DNA of 64,000 nt from Candidatus Kerfeldbacteria bacterium (GCA_903825245.1 CAIJZX010000028.1:1106-65105), one strand, 5' to 3'; positions 52,033-61,519 are shown, counted from the first letter of the stretch. Translations and numbers: made by a program. Notes: generated by a model from the letters alone, not told the origin.

Positions 52033-52253
52033 CACGCTCCACTCATTCCTCCGGGAATCGGTGGGGTTTTTCTTTTCTCCCATCTTGACACGCTTCATTT
52101 TTTCTGGTAAGAACATGCTGGCTACAAAGCGTAGCTCACTCAGTCGTGCTGATAGTCAGCGGCGCTAACCTGCTGACGGATCGATTGAGGACAATCGTGA
52201 TGCGAGTACCATCGCGGTGACAGCACCTTTCAACTACTTCGACGGGGGAACAC

Positions 52254-52778
52254 ATGTCTGCGAAAACCGGACTTCCCGACACGCTCAACGTTTTGGCCGG
52301 TAAACTGGTTCTGTTGTTCACCAGTGCCATTTCGTTGATTGCCGACAACCATCGCGACAACGACCAGATTCGTTTGCTCATGAAGGCGCTCCAGTTGTTC
52401 AAGGAGAACAAGCTGATCGGCGTCATGTCTCGTGATGATAAGCCGGGAGACGCCCTGGTGTCGTTTCGCGCCGACTTGCGCGAGTTCGATCGCCAGCTGG
52501 TGACGAATCGCGTGTTCGTTCATTTCGGGAATCGCGTGCACAGAATGTTAGTTGTCGCCAAGATCACGACGCTGGCGCAGTTGCTGTCGGCGACCCGAGA
52601 CGAATTGATGTTGTATCGCGTGGCCGGGGCGACGGCGCTCGATACCCTTGAGTCCGACTTGCGCGAGTTCGATCTCCATCTCGGCATGACGCCGGAAGAG
52701 ATTCAGGCGAAGTTGCCGGAACTTAGGGAGGAAGCGCTCGATCTGTTGGCTCATCCCAGGCCTCGCCGCCGTTGGTAA
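52254..52778 (+). CDS. stand-alone RNA polymerase alpha-CTD-like protein
   Basis: NRVHRML…ITTLAQL…DELM…G..AL..L…L.LGM pattern. Confidence 0.6.
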   Translation: MSAKTGLPDTLNVLAGKLVLLFTSAISLIADNHRDNDQIRLLMKALQLFKENKLIGVMSRDDKPGDALVSFRADLREFDRQLVTNRVFVHFGNRVHRMLVVAKITTLAQLLSATRDELMLYRVAGATALDTLESDLREFDLHLGMTPEEIQAKLPELREEALDLLAHPRPRRRW

Positions 52779-52926
52779 CACGATCGTTCATTTCCGCCAC
52801 GTCTTTGGACCTGGCGGTTTTTTCTTTCCTTCGTTTAATCCCCAATTGGTGTGAGGGTCTTTACGTCGGCCATAGCGGGGTGTAAAAGAAAAAAGCAGGG
52901 AACGTGATGTCTCCCTGCTCGTAGAG

Positions 52927-53214
52927 CTAATCCTCCTCGTCGAGTTCATACCCGTAGTTCGAGTAGAACGCCCCTTCGACGAGCCGGTCGATCTCGGCTT
53001 TTCCGACTCTCCATCCGAGGTTGAACGAGGCGGAGTAGTTCCGCCATTGTCCATCGCGGATAGTGTTGTCGTCGAAACCGTAGGCATAGCCGCGGTCCCA
53101 CGACGCCATGTTCTCGCCAGTCGGGTCGAGAACCGGACAACCGTTGTTGTGTCCGCCGATCGAATGCGGACGGTGACAGAAGTAGCAACGGGTGCTGCTG
53201 ACCGATCCGGCCAT
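52927..53214 (-). CDS. small Cys/His-containing hypothetical protein
   Basis: CYFC…H…C; TTGACA-N17-TAACCT upstream. Confidence 0.55.
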   Translation of the reverse strand: MAGSVSSTRCYFCHRPHSIGGHNNGCPVLDPTGENMASWDRGYAYGFDDNTIRDGQWRNYSASFNLGWRVGKAEIDRLVEGAFYSNYGYELDEED

Positions 53215-53452
53215 GGCCATCCCCCTGTTACTCACAGAGAGATAGACCCGACGGGTTTCGGGTATTCCTATCCATCTATGAGAGTAAGTGGCGACAGGTT
53301 AGCACGGATTTTGGTTTTTGTCAATCCCTGACGGCCGCGCCTCCGTCCCTGCCCCAGCCCGCGCGGAGCCTGTGCCCGCGCAGGCGGGCATTGCATTTCA
53401 CTATGGCGGGGTGTAGGCTATGGTGGTTCAAGTATTGCCCTACTAACATACT

Positions 53453-54268
53453 ATGCAGTTAAGAGAAATTTATTCTAATTTGGGACTTACGGCCGACCTG
53501 CGTTCTGAAATAAAGAAAATGAACGTTAGGTTAAATCGTATTGTTGGCTGGATAATAGAAGATCCAGATTTTTTTACAGTTGAAGAACAGGAGTCATCAA
53601 TTCTAGATATATTGAATTATGAACTTGGAGCGGACCATAGTGGACTGGATGATTTTATTAGATATGGCGACACCGAAGAGTCTCTAAAAGATAATCTTCT
53701 TGCCATTCAATTAATTTTAGAATCAATAAAAAGCAATTCAGATTGGAATCGTTCACATGAAAGGTATTCAAAAGCTATCGAAATTGCATTAAATAAATCC
53801 CTTGTAGATTCAGGCTATATCGTTAAAGATGGTGTTTTACTAAAGTCAGGAGCTAAAGAATTGGACGAGCAACTTATTATTGCCAACTTAGTCTGGTTAG
53901 AAAAATACCCTCAAATTAAGGAACCGTTTAGCAATTCTTTACAGCATTATTTACAAAAGAAGTACAAAGACTCAATAACAAATTCATATAGTGCTTTAGA
54001 AGCTAGTGTCAAAATGTTACTAAAAACGAAATCGGGTTTAGATAACGATAAAACGATTGGTTTGTTTATTGCAAGATTGGGCCTGGAGAAGGAATGGGAA
54101 GCTGTCCTTACAAAATATTGTAAAGCCGCACACGAGTTTTCATCAAGGCATGGGAAGATTGAGGAAGGTCTAAAAGACAAGCAACTTCCTGAAAAGGCTG
54201 AGTTTTTTATTTATATGACCGGGACTTTTTTAAGACTAATTAGTCGTTTATCTTCGGAAGTTAAATAA
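53453..54268 (+). CDS. AbiJ/Abi_C-like low-GC protein
   Basis: SITNSYSALEASVK helix followed by SRHG; resembles abortive-infection C-terminal domains. Confidence 0.55.
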   Translation: MQLREIYSNLGLTADLRSEIKKMNVRLNRIVGWIIEDPDFFTVEEQESSILDILNYELGADHSGLDDFIRYGDTEESLKDNLLAIQLILESIKSNSDWNRSHERYSKAIEIALNKSLVDSGYIVKDGVLLKSGAKELDEQLIIANLVWLEKYPQIKEPFSNSLQHYLQKKYKDSITNSYSALEASVKMLLKTKSGLDNDKTIGLFIARLGLEKEWEAVLTKYCKAAHEFSSRHGKIEEGLKDKQLPEKAEFFIYMTGTFLRLISRLSSEVK

Positions 54269-54273
54269 ACCTC

Positions 54274-54429
54274 ATGGCCAAAGAAGTTGTAAAATTTATC
54301 GCCACAAAGTATAAAAATAAGCCAGTAAAAATTAGTTTTTATACAAAAACCGGAGAAGAGGTTAACTTTAGGGCAACGCATAAAGTAGCTTCAAAAGTTG
54401 TTGTTAAGTTTCAATCAAAGAAAAAATAG
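54274..54429 (+). CDS. 51-aa Lys/Val-rich basic protein, absent from the ORF track
   Basis: MAKEVVKFIATKYKNKPVKISFYTKTGEEVNFRATHKVASKVVVKFQSKKK fills the gap exactly (5-nt and 3-nt spacers). Confidence 0.7.
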   Translation: MAKEVVKFIATKYKNKPVKISFYTKTGEEVNFRATHKVASKVVVKFQSKKK

Positions 54430-54432
54430 TCC

Positions 54433-54876
54433 GTGTCCAGCCATTACTTGGATTATCAATTCGGATTTCCAGAGATAATTCCGTCGAGCAATCGTCATAA
54501 ACAGTCGTTTCATGCTTTTAATGGACTAATATCAAAGGCGATTAATAGTGGATTGCCAGATGTTGATCTATTTCCTACTACAAACCCAGTTTTAATTATT
54601 ATTTTGCAATTTTTTAAGTTTCAAACAGAATACGATCGCAGAGACGTTGATAACATGAGTAAGACAATGCTCGATACCCTTAAAGGAAAATTATTTAATG
54701 ACGATGTTCAAGTGAAAACTTTAATAGTTAGTAAACATGTTGAAAGAAGAATTCCTGAAAATTTTATATTTGTCGGTATAAAAATCACGACAACTGACCA
54801 GGATACTGGAATGATACAAGCTAACAAGGCGGAAGCAATAGCATTATATAAACAGTCGAAACCAACCGAAGCCTGA
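54433..54876 (+). CDS. RusA-family endodeoxyribonuclease
   Basis: DVDNMSK..LD.L…DD.QV. Confidence 0.8.
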   Translation: MSSHYLDYQFGFPEIIPSSNRHKQSFHAFNGLISKAINSGLPDVDLFPTTNPVLIIILQFFKFQTEYDRRDVDNMSKTMLDTLKGKLFNDDVQVKTLIVSKHVERRIPENFIFVGIKITTTDQDTGMIQANKAEAIALYKQSKPTEA

Positions 54877-54897
54877 TACATATTCTAGTTGCAAATT

Positions 54898-54927
54898 AAA
54901 ACCACCCTCTTTCGAGGGCGGTTTTTT
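54898..54927. terminator. bidirectional terminator
   Basis: AAAACCACCCTC-TTTC-GAGGGCGGTTTTTT. Confidence 0.75.
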
Positions 54928-54935
54928 AACCCGAG

Positions 54936-55037
54936 TTACGCTCGCATTCCCGCATCCATCGGTTTCATCATAGGCTTTTGTGGTTGAGGGAGTTCCTCAA
55001 TCAGCGGAGCCGTAAATTGTGAGTTGTACAGACTCGC
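54936..55037 (-). pseudogene. orphan alternative C-terminus of the ABC exporter
   Basis: ASLYNSQFTAPLIEELPQPQKPMMKPMDAGMRA* versus the gene tail ASLYNSQFTAPLIEEAPMPIKPMRPAMAGGKA*. Confidence 0.88.
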
Positions 55038-55090
55038 CCCGCATCACTCGCTTGCGCGAGCGTGCGGGGTAAACTCCGAACCCATTCGCC

Positions 55091-57172
55091 TTAGGCTTTT
55101 CCTCCTGCCATTGCCGGTCGCATAGGCTTGATTGGCATCGGTGCTTCTTCAATAAGCGGGGCAGTAAATTGAGAGTTATATAGTGAAGCGTAGAAACCTT
55201 TGGCGGCTAGCAATTCGTCGTGCTTGCCTTGTTCGACGATGTTGCCGTCTTTCATGACGAGGATCAGGTCGGCGTTCTTGATCGTGGACAGGCGGTGGGC
55301 GATGACGAAGCTCGTCTTATCGTGCATCAGGCGGTCCATCGCTTGTTGGATCAGGATTTCCGTGCGCGTGTCGACCGAGCTCGTGGCTTCGTCGAGGATG
55401 AGCATCGGCGTCTTGATCAACATCGCGCGGGCGATCGTCAGCAACTGCTTTTCACCTTGCGAGATGTTGTTCGCTTCTTCGTCGAGGACCATGTCGTAGC
55501 CCTTCGGGAGGGAATGGACGAAGTGGTCGACGTGAGCGGCTTTGGCCGCTTCGATGACCTCGGCTTCCGTGGCTTCCGGGTGGCCGTAGGCGATGTTATC
55601 GCGGATGGTGCCGTTGAAGAGCCAGGTGTCTTGGAGAACCATGCCGAAGAGTTTGCGGACATCAGCGCGAGCCATGGTGCGCGTATCGACGCCATCGACT
55701 TTGATCGAACCGCTGGTCACGTCGTAGAAGCGCATCAACAGGTTGACCATGGTGGTCTTGCCGGCGCCGGTCGGACCGACGATGGCCACGCGTTGTCCGG
55801 GTTCGATCTTGGCCGTAAAGCCGTGGATGATTTCCTTATCAGGGGAGTAGCCGAAGTGGACGTTATCGAATTCGACTTCACCTTTGACATTGGAAATGTC
55901 TTTCGCGCCGACGGCATCTTTCGACTCTTCTTCCTCAGCCAGGAATTCGAATACGCGTTCCGCGGCGGCGGCTGTCGATTGCATGACGTTGGCCACGTTG
56001 GCGGTCTGGACGACCGGTTGGTTGAACTGCTGGACGTAGGAAATGAAGGCCTGAATGTCGCCGATGTTGATCTTGCCGTTGATGGCGAGCCAACCGCCGA
56101 CAATCGCGACGCCGACGTAACCGATGTTACCGATCACGGTCATCATCGGGAACATCAGGCCGGAGAGGAATTGCGATTTCCAAGCCGTGCCGAAGAGTTC
56201 CTTGTTGAAACCGGTGAAGGTTTTGATCGAGCGTTCCTGGCCGTTGAAGACTTTCATGACTGTGTGGCCGCCGAACATTTCTTCGATGTGGCCATTCAAG
56301 TGGCCGAGGGTTTCTTGCTGTTTCACGAAGAAGGCTTGCGATTTCTTGACCACCAAGGCGAGCAGGCCGAAGCTCATCGGGAGAGTAACGAGTGCGACCA
56401 GCGTCATTTGCCAACTGATGGAGAGCATCATGCCGAGAATGCCGAGTATCATCGTGACGGAGGTGATGATCTGCGTCATCGATTGGTTGAGCGTCTGGCC
56501 GACGGTGTCGATATCGTTCGTGACGCGGCTTAAGACTTCGCCGTAGGTCGTCTTATCGAAGTACCGGAGCGGCATGCGGCCGATTTTTTCCGCCAGGTCT
56601 TTGCGGAACTGGTAGGTGATTTTCTGCGTGACGTTGGTCATGATCAACCCTTGGATGAAGTTGAAGACCATGCTAATCACATACAGAATGAGCAACTCGA
56701 TAGCGATCTTACGCAAGATGTCGTAGTGGAAAATCGGACGGACAGAGAGATCGAGCGAGCTCAGCGTCTTCTGAATGCTCGACGGAATATTCTTTGTGGC
56801 CGCGGCCGGAAGTCTGGCTAAGAATTGCGCGCCGGTGGTGCCGGCCGGGATTTTTGTACCTTTTGGTAACTGCGCGGTAAATTGATTGTAGGCCGTGCGG
56901 TTGATGAAATCGGTGACGATGTGATTCGTCATATTCCCGAGAATCTTCGGGCTGGCGATGGCGAAGCCGGTGCTGGCAATCGTGAAGACAAAGACGAGGA
57001 TGATGTGCCACTTATACGGCGACATGTATTTCACGAGCTGTTTGATTGTGCCCTTGAAGTTCTTCGCTTTCTGCCCCGGCATCATCATCATCGGACCGCC
57101 GCGACCCATCGGACCCATCGGTCGCGGTGGCGTTACTGGCGCTTTTTCTTTCATTGGTGGTTGGTTGCTCAT
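55091..57172 (-). CDS. heterodimeric ABC exporter subunit (TM288-like)
   Basis: GPTGAGKTT, ISQGEKQ, LDEATS, AHRLST. Confidence 0.95.
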   Translation of the reverse strand: MSNQPPMKEKAPVTPPRPMGPMGRGGPMMMMPGQKAKNFKGTIKQLVKYMSPYKWHIILVFVFTIASTGFAIASPKILGNMTNHIVTDFINRTAYNQFTAQLPKGTKIPAGTTGAQFLARLPAAATKNIPSSIQKTLSSLDLSVRPIFHYDILRKIAIELLILYVISMVFNFIQGLIMTNVTQKITYQFRKDLAEKIGRMPLRYFDKTTYGEVLSRVTNDIDTVGQTLNQSMTQIITSVTMILGILGMMLSISWQMTLVALVTLPMSFGLLALVVKKSQAFFVKQQETLGHLNGHIEEMFGGHTVMKVFNGQERSIKTFTGFNKELFGTAWKSQFLSGLMFPMMTVIGNIGYVGVAIVGGWLAINGKINIGDIQAFISYVQQFNQPVVQTANVANVMQSTAAAAERVFEFLAEEEESKDAVGAKDISNVKGEVEFDNVHFGYSPDKEIIHGFTAKIEPGQRVAIVGPTGAGKTTMVNLLMRFYDVTSGSIKVDGVDTRTMARADVRKLFGMVLQDTWLFNGTIRDNIAYGHPEATEAEVIEAAKAAHVDHFVHSLPKGYDMVLDEEANNISQGEKQLLTIARAMLIKTPMLILDEATSSVDTRTEILIQQAMDRLMHDKTSFVIAHRLSTIKNADLILVMKDGNIVEQGKHDELLAAKGFYASLYNSQFTAPLIEEAPMPIKPMRPAMAGGKA

Positions 57173-58944
57173 ACAGCGGCTCCTTTCATGGCTAGCTCCG
57201 GAACATTGGTGGGTATATCCAATTCAGTTTCTGAAAGTTGTGATAAGGCGATTTCGCGATAGACTTGGCAGTTCTTCAGCAGTTCTTGGTGCGTGCCTTG
57301 CCCGACGATGCGGCCTTCATCGAGAACGATGATGTTATCGGCATTTCGGATTGTGCCGATGCGTTGGGCAACAATGAGAACAGTCTTGCCCTTCGTTTCG
57401 GTTTCTAAGGCTTTGCGGAGATTCGCGTCAGTAGTGAAGTCGAGCGCCGAGAAGCTATCATCGAAAATGTAGATTTCCGGTTTGCGAGCAACGGCGCGGG
57501 CGATAGACAGGCGTTGCTTCTGACCGCCAGAGACATTGGTGCCACCTTGGGCGATTGGGGCGTTATATGCGCCGTCGAGTTTTTCCACGAAGTCTTTTGC
57601 TTGAGCGATTTCGGTCGCATGTTTGACCGCCGCCTCATCCGCGTTTGGTTCTCCGTACTTCACGTTCGATTCAACCGTGCCGGAGAAGAGGACGCCCTTT
57701 TGTGGAACGTAACCAATCTTGTGATAGACATCTTCCATGCGCATCTGCTTGATATCGACGCCGTCGATTTTCACGGTGCCGGACGTCGGGTCGTAGAAGC
57801 GGGGAATGAGATTAATCAAGGTTGACTTACCGCTGCCGGTGCTGCCGACGAAGGCGGTCGTTTGTCCGGGAATCGCGGTAAAGGAAACATCATGGAGGAC
57901 AGGCGTATCCGCACCGGTGTACGAGAAGGTGACGTGGTCGAATTCGACTTTCCCGCCTTTCTTCTCCGTGACGTCAACCGGATCCTTCGGATCAACGATC
58001 GTCGGATCTGTGTCGAGGACTTCGGCCAGACGTTGCATCGACACCCAAGCGCGTGGCACCATGATGAAGACCATAGTAATCATCAAGAAGGCGAAGATGG
58101 CTTGCATGGCGTATTGCATGAAGGCGATCATGCCGCCGATTTGCAAACTGCCGGCGTCGATTTTATGGGCGCCGAACCAGATGACGGCGAGCATCGTCAG
58201 GTTGACGATGAAGAACATCATCGGTTGCATAATGACCATGACGCGGTTGACGAACAAGTTGATCTTCGTCAGATCGTTGTTGGCCACGTCGAATTTCTGC
58301 TCTTCATACGGTACGCGATTGAAAGCGCGGATGACGCGCAGGCCGGTCAGGATTTCCCGGGTGACGAGGTTGAGGCGGTCGACAAGTTTCTGGAGTTTTT
58401 GGAACCTCGGAATAACAATGATGAAGACCGTCACAATCATGGTAATAACTGCGCCGATAGCTAAGCCCATAATCCAGGTCATCGATGGAGCGTTACGATA
58501 GGCGAGGAAAATTGCCCAGATACCCATGATCGGCGCCATCAAGGCCATACGCAGGACCATCACCATCACGGTCTGAATTTGGGTGATGTCGTTGGTCGTG
58601 CGAGTAATCAGCGACGAGGTCGAGAATTTATTAAATTCAGCAAGTGAAAAACTTTCCACCTTGGTAAAAGCACGCGCCCGAATATCGCGGGCATAACCGG
58701 CGGCAATACGCGAGGCGAGCCAGCTGGTGATAATACTGGCGGCGCCTCCACCGAGGGAGACGAGTAACATGAGTAGTCCGGTCGTCCAAACAATGTGGAG
58801 ATCGGCACCGACAATGCCTTTGTTGATGATGGTGGCCATGTAGTCGGGGAGCGACAACGAAGCCGCCACGCTACCGGTTACCGATCCGATGAGGATGATG
58901 AGGTACCAGGTGTATGGCTTAAATAATGCGAGAAGTTTCTTCAT
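57169..58944 (-). CDS. heterodimeric ABC exporter subunit (TM287-like, degenerate site)
   Basis: GSTGSGKST, VSGGQ, FDDSFSALD, AQR. Confidence 0.95.
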   Translation of the reverse strand: MKKLLALFKPYTWYLIILIGSVTGSVAASLSLPDYMATIINKGIVGADLHIVWTTGLLMLLVSLGGGAASIITSWLASRIAAGYARDIRARAFTKVESFSLAEFNKFSTSSLITRTTNDITQIQTVMVMVLRMALMAPIMGIWAIFLAYRNAPSMTWIMGLAIGAVITMIVTVFIIVIPRFQKLQKLVDRLNLVTREILTGLRVIRAFNRVPYEEQKFDVANNDLTKINLFVNRVMVIMQPMMFFIVNLTMLAVIWFGAHKIDAGSLQIGGMIAFMQYAMQAIFAFLMITMVFIMVPRAWVSMQRLAEVLDTDPTIVDPKDPVDVTEKKGGKVEFDHVTFSYTGADTPVLHDVSFTAIPGQTTAFVGSTGSGKSTLINLIPRFYDPTSGTVKIDGVDIKQMRMEDVYHKIGYVPQKGVLFSGTVESNVKYGEPNADEAAVKHATEIAQAKDFVEKLDGAYNAPIAQGGTNVSGGQKQRLSIARAVARKPEIYIFDDSFSALDFTTDANLRKALETETKGKTVLIVAQRIGTIRNADNIIVLDEGRIVGQGTHQELLKNCQVYREIALSQLSETELDIPTNVPELAMKGAAV

Positions 58945-58948
58945 AGGC

Positions 58949-59191
58949 TTAGGATTTTTTTAACATTTCGCGGATGCTCTCAACCTTATTACTCATCATG
59001 TCGGCCATTTTCTCTAGTTGGTCGAACTTGGCCAGGGCGACCATGTTCTTGCCCATGCCGAAAACGAGCAGTTTATCGCCGCTCTTTAATCCCATAGCTT
59101 TGCGAGCCTCGGCTGGTATAACGACCTGACCCTTCTCGCCGATGGTCGTCGTGCCGTGGAAATGACGGTGATCGTGAAATCCTGGTTTCAT
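58949..59191 (-). CDS. AbrB/MazE/SpoVT-family DNA-binding protein
   Basis: IGEKGQVVIPAEARKAMGLKSGD. Confidence 0.9.
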   Translation of the reverse strand: MKPGFHDHRHFHGTTTIGEKGQVVIPAEARKAMGLKSGDKLLVFGMGKNMVALAKFDQLEKMADMMSNKVESIREMLKKS

Positions 59192-59205
59192 AATTATACG
59201 TATTA

Positions 59206-59264
59206 TCCTACATGTAGGAAAAGTAGGTTATTGGTAGTATAGTCGATGGTGTGGATTATGTCAA
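59206..59264 (-). promoter_or_regulatory. promoter and palindromic operator
   Basis: TTGACA-N17-TATACT (59264-59236); TCCTACATGTAGGA palindrome at 59206-59219. Confidence 0.7.
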
Positions 59265-59343
59265 CCCCAGGGATCGTCAGAAATGAAAAACCCCGCCCAC
59301 ATCCGAAATGTTTGGATGTGGAACGGGGCGTATGGGGAACCTC

Positions 59344-60501
59344 CTACTGGGTGGGCGTTTCTTCGGGGATGAGCTGCTCAGCGATGGCGACGCTGGCGAC
59401 GATGCTGGCCATCTCCTCAGCCGTCAGTGCCGGTGTCGGCTTGTAGCCGAGCGTCTTGAAGATACTGACGGCGAACGAGCTGAAATCCTGGTTCGAATAC
59501 TCCGGCCAGGCCTCGATGACGGCCGCAATAACCTTATTCGACTCGACCAGGACGCGATCGAGGTGGTTGATGATATTGTCCTGGCCGCGGATGATGCCAC
59601 CGTGTTCGAAGACGATGGTGTTGACGGACAGGTCGTTGACCACGTTGATCAGCCAGTTGACGTTCAAGGCCATCTGTGCGAAGTGTCCCTCGGGCAGTGG
59701 CATCGGCGTCAGCAATCGGCGCTCGGTGTCGGTCAGGTCGATGAGGTCTGAGGACAGGACGATCGCTTCTTCGTTACGGTTGTCGGGCACAGCCACGAAG
59801 GTCAGTTCGCCCGGCGAGTGTCCACCGAGCTTGAAGACCCGCAGGTAGTAGCCGTTGAAGCGAAAGACTTTACCATCGTCGAGGGGACTGAACCGATAGC
59901 GATCGATGCCGCAGGCGCCGGATCCAAAAATGTTCCAGGCGTAGACGGGGTAAATCCAGTACATCGTGTTCAGCGGCCAGCCCAGGTAGCGGGCGCCGAC
60001 CTTGTTCATGATCGCGTTCATACGTTCCGGCAGGTTCGGGGAACCGCAGGGATCGGTCAGATGCCACGAGTCCTCACTCGAGGTGAAGATGCGCGAGAAC
60101 TGCGTTCCGAGTTTCAGTAGTTCGGGTAGCCCGCCGATGTGATCAGGGTGCGGGTGACCCATGATGAAGTCGGATAGCTGATCAACCTTTTCTTCGCGCA
60201 TCAGTTTCTGTATGGCGCGAATACGACTCGGTGACCAAACGCCGGCGTCGCCACAGTACAACTTGATGTGGAGATCGTCGTTGGGCCGAGTGCCGTACAT
60301 GTTCGTTCCGGGGTTGTAGCCGCCGGGACTGGTGATGATCCACAGGCCGTCGCGGAGCTTGGTGATCTTGTCTCTGCCGAACAGCGCGTGCAGTAGGTAC
60401 TTCCACCCGCCGAAGTAGACGACCTTCTCGTTCCACAGTCCGGCTTCGATAATGACGACCAGGAGAACAACAATCGCCAGACAAATCTGGACGATGGTCA
60501 T
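59344..60501 (-). CDS. membrane-anchored metallo-beta-lactamase-fold hydrolase
   Basis: HPHPDHIGG, GHSPG, SD, EHG. Confidence 0.82.
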   Translation of the reverse strand: MTIVQICLAIVVLLVVIIEAGLWNEKVVYFGGWKYLLHALFGRDKITKLRDGLWIITSPGGYNPGTNMYGTRPNDDLHIKLYCGDAGVWSPSRIRAIQKLMREEKVDQLSDFIMGHPHPDHIGGLPELLKLGTQFSRIFTSSEDSWHLTDPCGSPNLPERMNAIMNKVGARYLGWPLNTMYWIYPVYAWNIFGSGACGIDRYRFSPLDDGKVFRFNGYYLRVFKLGGHSPGELTFVAVPDNRNEEAIVLSSDLIDLTDTERRLLTPMPLPEGHFAQMALNVNWLINVVNDLSVNTIVFEHGGIIRGQDNIINHLDRVLVESNKVIAAVIEAWPEYSNQDFSSFAVSIFKTLGYKPTPALTAEEMASIVASVAIAEQLIPEETPTQ

Positions 60502-60639
60502 GGGAGACCCTCACTTTCGTATGGTAGGAGGTTTGTAAAAGAGCCGTGATAATAGCAAGTTCAGGAGCATCAAAAACGTATGAGTATACTGGAAGTATTC
60601 CTATTTGTCAAGACCATGATTGTTCAGTACACTATCGCT

Positions 60640-61059
60640 ATGCAACGACGACATATACTCAACATTACGGCGATGGTCGTTCTTGTTTTGGGAGCCGGAT
60701 TTTGGTTGTGGCAACGATCGGTGCAACAACAGAAGGATGTTGTAACCAAGACCAAACAAGCAGCGATTGTGCATCCTGTGCCATACATCTACATTCTGTT
60801 GATGAATAACGGACAACCGCTCGTTACTACGTTAGCAGCCGTTTCTTATCCGGTCACACCATGCATCCATCAACCCTGTTCATTGTCGCCAGTTCTTCAT
60901 CAGCGGCGTTCCAATGCGCACGGAGTATTTGGTTTACCGGTTGGAGTTGACGTTGGACGGACGACCATTCGAGTTGATGGCTTTACGCCAGTAGTTTTGG
61001 GTACCGCCGGAGTGAAGCAAAAAAATGGTCAGTGGCTGGTGTCGCTGAAGGCAAAATGA
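60640..61059 (+). CDS. hypothetical membrane-anchored protein
   Basis: N-terminal TM; start codon uncertain. Confidence 0.55.
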   Translation: MQRRHILNITAMVVLVLGAGFWLWQRSVQQQKDVVTKTKQAAIVHPVPYIYILLMNNGQPLVTTLAAVSYPVTPCIHQPCSLSPVLHQRRSNAHGVFGLPVGVDVGRTTIRVDGFTPVVLGTAGVKQKNGQWLVSLKAK

Positions 61060-61101
61060 ATAACCCTGGTGGGTGAGGGTTGATAGCTTAGTACCGTCGC
61101 G

Positions 61102-61464
61102 TTAATCCTGCAACGGTTGAGTCTGGCGTAACTTCGTGCGCTCTCGCGCATCGGCACTGGCATGACGAGCCACAGCATTGACGAACCCGAGAATAGTACC
61201 GAGACCGAGGAAAATATAGACAATGGTGAAGATTTTTCCGGTCGTTGTGACGGGAACGAGATTGCCATACCCAACGGTCGTCAACGTGGTGACACTAAAG
61301 AAGAGCGAATCAAGCCAATGCCAATGTTCGGCGTTGTGATAAAAAACGGTGCCGGTCACTAAAATAATAACCACTACATACAGTAACCCGCGAAACTCGG
61401 CATCTTTTATACCGCTAGCGAGCGACCGCAGGAAACGGTAGATCGTAATAATGAAGGGAAACAT
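61102..61464 (-). CDS. two-TM potassium channel (KcsA-like)
   Basis: TTLTTVGYG selectivity filter. Confidence 0.92.
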   Translation of the reverse strand: MFPFIITIYRFLRSLASGIKDAEFRGLLYVVVIILVTGTVFYHNAEHWHWLDSLFFSVTTLTTVGYGNLVPVTTTGKIFTIVYIFLGLGTILGFVNAVARHASADARERTKLRQTQPLQD

Positions 61465-61519
61465 GATAGTAGGATACCAAGAACGCCTCGCTCTACGCAA
61501 GGCGTTCGAAAAAGCGAAA

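Noticed and set aside
53453-54876. Prophage
   Set aside because: RusA-like gene only; no structural, terminase or integrase genes nearby.
55220-56533. 437-aa antisense ORF
   Set aside because: Mirror frame of a GC3-biased ABC gene with no recognisable motifs; the same applies to shadow ORFs over groEL, ppsA, nadV and zwf-gnd.
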